Below, piece after piece: positions 59,955 to 64,000 of a stretch of DNA of 64,000 nt; the first letter of the stretch is position 1, and the number at the start of each line of letters is the position of its first letter. This stretch comes from an uncultured Holophagales bacterium. GTDB lineage: Bacteria; Acidobacteriota; Thermoanaerobaculia; Multivoradales; UBA5704. The stretch covers positions 576,001 through 640,000 of the forward strand of contig CAWJGT010000003.1 in NCBI GenBank assembly GCA_963842525.1, read 5' to 3'. Below the pieces are notes generated by a model. It saw nothing but the letters and a program-made list of their open reading frames with translations, was not told the origin of the DNA and made no database searches. The translations under genes were made by a program, and so were the position numbers.

Positions 59955-60074
59955 TTACCGGAGGCGCTCGAGGGAACGGATCCGGGTCTCGTGGGCCGCC
60001 TGGATCAGCGCGATGTCGGCGCGGACCTGCTCTTGGAGCGCGCGTCGGCGCGCTTCGTACTCGCTGCGAGTCAT
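59955..60074 (-). CDS. 39-aa helical small ORF MTRSEYEARRRALQEQVRADIALIQAAHETRIRSLERLR (possibly a truncated longer gene)
   Basis: GGAGG RBS just upstream of the ATG; high-GC codon usage; below the ORF-track cutoff. Confidence 0.6.
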   Translation of the reverse strand: MTRSEYEARRRALQEQVRADIALIQAAHETRIRSLERLR

Positions 60075-60144
60075 GGTGTCCTCCTGGCTTTACAACACGA
60101 GCGGAGGACGGCCGAGGTCGAGCGGTCTCCGGCGCTTCCTGGTC

Positions 60145-60501
60145 TCGCAGCGGACGGTGTGGACCGCACTCAGGACGATGTTGAGTGCGTTCCGGACGGT
60201 GCGAAGCACGTTCCGGATGTTCCGCAACGCGTTCCGGATGGTTCGTTGCCCGCTTCGAACCGTCCGCAGCGCACTTCGGACGTTTCGCAATGCGCTCCGG
60301 ACGTTTCGTTGTCCGCTCAGGACGGTCCGTAATGCGTTCCGGACGGTGTTGTGCGGGCCTCGGACGATTCGCAGTGCGTTCCGGACGGTTCGCTGCAGAC
60401 TCAGAACCGTCCGCAATGCCCTCCGGATGATTCGATCTGCGTTTCGGACGGTTCTTTGTCCATTCAGAACCGTCCGCAGGGCACTCCTGACCATCCGTGG
60501 C
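60145..60501. repeat. Degenerate 21-bp tandem array, 16-17 units with no indels; consensus approx. GCGTTCCGGACGGTYCGCARY
   Basis: Units start at 60166+21n up to 60481. Confidence 0.9.
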
Positions 60502-60617
60502 GCGGTCAGGCGCCTACCAAGGCCGAGTCTCGATCGACCGGATCGCATCTGTCGCCGCTCTCTGCGGGTTGCGAACCGTCCTTCCAGCGAGGAGGTTCAT
60601 CCGCTGGCCGGTCTGGA

Positions 60618-61236
60618 TCACCTCCAGGCAAACCGCGGCTGCTCGAAGTGCGCGACCCGGGTGTCCCGGCCGTGCACGGCAACTTCGGCGAACTGGTGGA
60701 GGACGGCGGCGGTCGGCGCGTAGAGGAGGCCTCTTGGCGGCAGGGACAGGGCGAGGACCGGCGGGCCGCCCGGAGTCCCGGGCTGGAGGACGACCCTTTC
60801 CGGCGTCAAGTCTTCGATCGGCAGGAGCTCGACCGAGGCGACTTCGCGCGGATCGGGGCGCAGGACGGCATCGGGTGTCCCCCAGACGACGACCGGCGTG
60901 ATCACGAACCCCGAGCGCGTCGGGTAGTCGTCCAGGCAGCCGAGGATGTGCTCCGGCGGCAGGCTCAGTCCGACCTCTTCCTCGAGCTGCACGGAGGGCG
61001 GCGGCTTCCGCGGTCTCCCCCGGGTCGCGCCGGCCTCCAGGGCAGGCCCACTGGCCTCCGTGGCGGCTCAGCCCCGACGCCCGGACCGTGAGCACGACGC
61101 AGGCCCGGCCCTCCGCATCGGGCACGACCACGACAGCCACCGCGGCCGGCCGTCGTTCCTCGATCGGAACGCTCCGCCGCTCGAACCGGGCGAGGTGAGC
61201 TTCCAGCGTTGCCCGGAGGCCGTCTTCAAAGCGCAT
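60618..61236 (-). CDS. Nudix hydrolase, CoA-pyrophosphatase-like; frameshift near 60990
   Basis: AAVAV, LTVRA..L.RHGGQW.PGGRRDPGETAEAAALR/.LEEEVGL, ITPVV, PREV. Confidence 0.85.
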
Positions 61237-61242
61237 TGTGAA

Positions 61243-62232
61243 TCAGGCCTGCAAGCGCAACAGGCGCGCGGCATTGCCGCCGAGGATCCCCGATTTGTCT
61301 TCGTCCGGGATCGGCAGCGCTCGAATGGCTTCGAGCATCAGCGGGATGCTGCCGATCTGGTGGGGATAGTCGCTGCCGGCCAGGATGCGATCGGCGCCGG
61401 CGAACTCGATGGCCAGCTTCAGCGCTCCTTGGTTGAAATTCACCGTGTCATAGTAGAAATGCTGCTTCAGATATTCGGTCGGTGGCCGATCGATATGTTC
61501 GCGGCACTCCTTGAACGCGCGGTATCCGCGGTCCAGCCGCTCCGCCAGATACGGAATGGTTCCGCCGAGATGGCCGAGCACCCAGCGGATGCGCGGGAAC
61601 CGCCGCACGACGCCGCTGAAGACGAGCTTCGACGCCGCGAGCGTGGTGTCGAACAGAAAGCCGTTGAGTGGCATCAGCCAGTATTCCGACATCGCCTCGA
61701 CGCCCACCGGATAGGTGGGATGGATCATCAGCACGGCGTCGCGCTCGTTCGCGGCTTCATAGAGCGGCCAGAATCGCTCGTCGTTCAGCCCGACGCCGTT
61801 CACGTTGCTGAAGAGCATGGCGCCCGGCAGCTCCAGTTGATCCATGGCGCGGACGAGCTCCGCGGCCGAGGCTTGCGGATCGCAGAGCGGCAGCGTCGCG
61901 AGGGGTATAAACCGTTGCGGACGCTCGGAGCGCACCCGCGCGAACGCGTCATTGGTGATCTGCGCCAGCTTCACCGCGACGGCCGGCGCCTCGACGTGCG
62001 TCCCGGGCGTCGTCAGCGAAATGACCTGGACGTCCACGCCCTGCTCGTCGAGCACCGACTGCCGATAGGAAATGTCGCGGTGGCCCGGCACGATGACGTT
62101 GTAGTCGCCCGGGTAGTGGACGACCGGGTTGCCGTCGCCGTCGATCGTGATCCGGAGCGTGCTGCCGGACGGGCCCAGGGCGTCGAGGTATTCGGGCGGG
62201 TAATAATGGTTATGGAAGTCGACGATCGGCAT
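61243..62232 (-). CDS. Amidohydrolase_2 family (ACMSD-like) protein
   Basis: VDFHNH, MIHP, HLGG.IPY, YYDT, GSDYPH. Confidence 0.88.
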   Translation of the reverse strand: MPIVDFHNHYYPPEYLDALGPSGSTLRITIDGDGNPVVHYPGDYNVIVPGHRDISYRQSVLDEQGVDVQVISLTTPGTHVEAPAVAVKLAQITNDAFARVRSERPQRFIPLATLPLCDPQASAAELVRAMDQLELPGAMLFSNVNGVGLNDERFWPLYEAANERDAVLMIHPTYPVGVEAMSEYWLMPLNGFLFDTTLAASKLVFSGVVRRFPRIRWVLGHLGGTIPYLAERLDRGYRAFKECREHIDRPPTEYLKQHFYYDTVNFNQGALKLAIEFAGADRILAGSDYPHQIGSIPLMLEAIRALPIPDEDKSGILGGNAARLLRLQA

Positions 62233-63545
62233 GACGATCACCCCCTCGGCTGGCCCATAGAACATAGACAGGCAGCCCGAGCAGGACAAGGCCGAGGCCC
62301 CAGGCGCTGTTTTCCGGCTCGGCCAGGACCTGCACGACGACGATGACGGCGGAAGCCGCCACGAAGACCGCCGGCACCAGCGGATATCCCCAGATGCGCC
62401 AGGCAGGCTTGTAGTCCGGCCGGCGCCGGAGCCGGAAGAGGCCGGCCGCCATCAGCGCGAAGAAAATCCATTCGGTGTAGATGACGCGCGTGAAGAGCGC
62501 TCGATAGGTGTCGGTGATCGCGAGGATCGAGGCCCAGAGAGCCTGGAGCACCAGCGCGCGGTGCGGCGTCTGAAACCTGGGATGGACCGTGCCGAGCCAC
62601 TTGAAGAGCAGGCCGTCCTGGGCCATCGAATAGTAGACGCGCGGCCCGGCTAGGATGATGCCGTTGACGGCGCCGAACGTCGAGACCATGACGAGCACGG
62701 CCATGAGCGAAGCCCCGCCTCCGCCGAGGAGCACGTCCGCCGCATCGGCCGCCACGCGCGTCGAGGCGCGGACCGCGTCGAGCGGCAGCACGCGCAGGTA
62801 GATGGCGTTCAGGCCGGCGTAGCACGCCGTGACGATCAGCGTTCCAAAGAGGAGCGCGCGCGGGATGGTCCGCGTTGCATCCTTCGTCTCGCCGGCGGCA
62901 TAGGTCACCATGTGCCAGCCGCCAAAGGCAAAGAGGCCCGCGACGAGCGCGAGGATGAAACCCTCGCCCGTCGCCGGGTCCGGCGCTGGCGCTGCCGGGG
63001 TTCCTTGCGCCGCGCCCTTCCAAAGCAGCCCTGCCGCGAGGAGCGCCACGATCGCCAGGAGCTTGGCGCCGGTGAACAGGTTCTGCACCAGCCCGCCGTG
63101 CCGCACGCCGACATAGTTGACGAGCGAAAGCACGAGGATGAGCGCCACGGCAGTGAGGCGCTGGCCCAGGTCGCTCATCGGCACGAAAGTGCCTGCATAG
63201 CGGGCGAAGACCATGGCGATGGCGGCGATGATCCCGGTGTGCATGCTCCAGAACATCGCCCAGCCCCAAAGGAAGCCGACGGCGGGGGAGTACGCCTCGC
63301 GCAGGAACACGTAGACCCCGCCCGTCCGTGGGAATGCCGAAGCCGAGCTCGGCGCAGGCGAGCGCGCCGAAGATCGTCAGCACGCCCGCGGCCAGCCACA
63401 CCAGCACGATGCCGCCGACCGAAGGCATGTGGCGGGTGATCTCCGACGGCTGGACGAAGATCGAAGCGCCGATGATGGTCCCGACGACCATCGCCGTCGC
63501 ATGTGTCAGTCCCAGCGGGCGGGGGAGGGCTTCCGGTTCGGCCAT
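62210..63545 (-). CDS. APC-family amino acid permease; frameshift near 63340
   Basis: VGTIIGASIF, AELG, FAFGGW, GETK, PRVYYSMAQDGL; multiple TM helices. Confidence 0.88.
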
Positions 63546-63673
63546 GTGCGGAGGAGTTTATGCCATCCGGCGAGAGCGGCTGGGGAGAGGGCCTTCAGAC
63601 GGGCGAGGCAGAGGAGCTCCTGGGGTAGAATCGGCCGTCTCCCGGTTTTCGGCACTTCCAAAGGAGAAGGGGA

Positions 63674-64000
63674 ATGCAACAGAGCGCTCCAGGCTGGATC
63701 GACGACGCCCAGGCATGGGTAGGGACCCTGAGCGGTTGGGTATGGGGTTGGCCGATGCTGGTCCTGCTGGTGGGGACGGGCTTCTATCTGACGTTCCTCC
63801 TGCGCGGGCTTCAGTTCCGTGAGCTCGGGCACTCGCTCTGGCTCGCCCTGATCAAGCGCAAGGAGGAAGGAGCGGGGGACATCTCCCACTTCCAGGCCCT
63901 GATGACGGCTCTTGCCGCCACCGTGGGCACGGGCAACATCGCGGGCGTGGCGGCCGCGATCTCCGTGGGCGGGCCCGGGGCCCTCTTCTGGATGTGGATC
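63674..64000 (+). CDS. Alanine/glycine:cation symporter (AGCS) family, 5' part
   Basis: [36 protein letters not shown]. Confidence 0.9.
   Translation, partial: MQQSAPGWIDDAQAWVGTLSGWVWGWPMLVLLVGTGFYLTFLLRGLQFRELGHSLWLALIKRKEEGAGDISHFQALMTALAATVGTGNIAGVAAAISVGGPGALFWMWI

Larger units (their letters stand above)
56133..60618. mobile_element. 4.5-kb island between the Nudix 3'-end direct repeats
   Basis: Flanking duplication, lower-GC core, attC cassettes, transposase remnant; no integrase seen. Confidence 0.7.

Noticed and set aside
56161-60501. The 19-bp and 21-bp arrays as CRISPR arrays
   Set aside because: Contiguous degenerate units with no constant-repeat/unique-spacer structure
59935-60723. 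262-aa + strand ORF as a real gene
   Set aside because: Overlaps the Nudix gene and the RBS-bearing small ORF in antisense; its openness is explained by the stop-poor repeat (not fully excluded)
56021-60730. Nudix 3' duplication as a DGR template/variable repeat pair
   Set aside because: No reverse transcriptase; mismatches are mostly synonymous and not adenine-specific
54006-63545. Protease, HEPN, Nudix and APC genes as true pseudogenes or programmed frameshifts
   Set aside because: Single-base indels with intact motifs on both sides; the same pattern occurs window-wide and fits sequencing error

Overview
High-GC bacterial DNA. The gene and repeat style suggests Acidobacteriota (Thermoanaerobaculia-like), which is an inference. 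Positions 1-50315 hold a giant lipopeptide NRPS on the minus strand, in two genes with at least 15 modules, running off the left edge. The architecture is FAAL-ACP, then [C-A-T-E], then 9x[C-A-T], then a terminal C; the second gene is I-A-T followed by further modules. Manually read A-domain codes predict: acyl, D-Leu, X, Ala, Cys-clade, Lys2-like (side-chain-linked Aad/Glu?), Cys-clade, Gln, Cys-clade, Pro-clade, Gly, (beta-OH)Asn, Cys-clade, Ser converted to Dha (modAA C domain), Cys-clade, then unknown. A VKOR-DsbA fusion and a PLP dehydratase/racemase are transcribed divergently from the NRPS. Next come a trypsin-like protease paired with a secreted protein, an NFACT-R gene and a sulfatase remnant. 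At 56.0-60.7 kb is a 4.5-kb island bounded by a 112-bp duplication of the 3' end of a Nudix gene. It contains two integron attC cassettes with no integrase (HEPN and Schlafen/AlbA_2 proteins), a Y1-transposase remnant, a 39-aa ORF, and two different phased tandem arrays (19 bp and 21 bp), one at each end. The right end has Nudix, amidohydrolase, APC permease and AGCS symporter genes. About 30 single-base frameshifts, including some in ordinary genes, are most likely long-read consensus errors. Domain coordinates are approximate and were read by eye.
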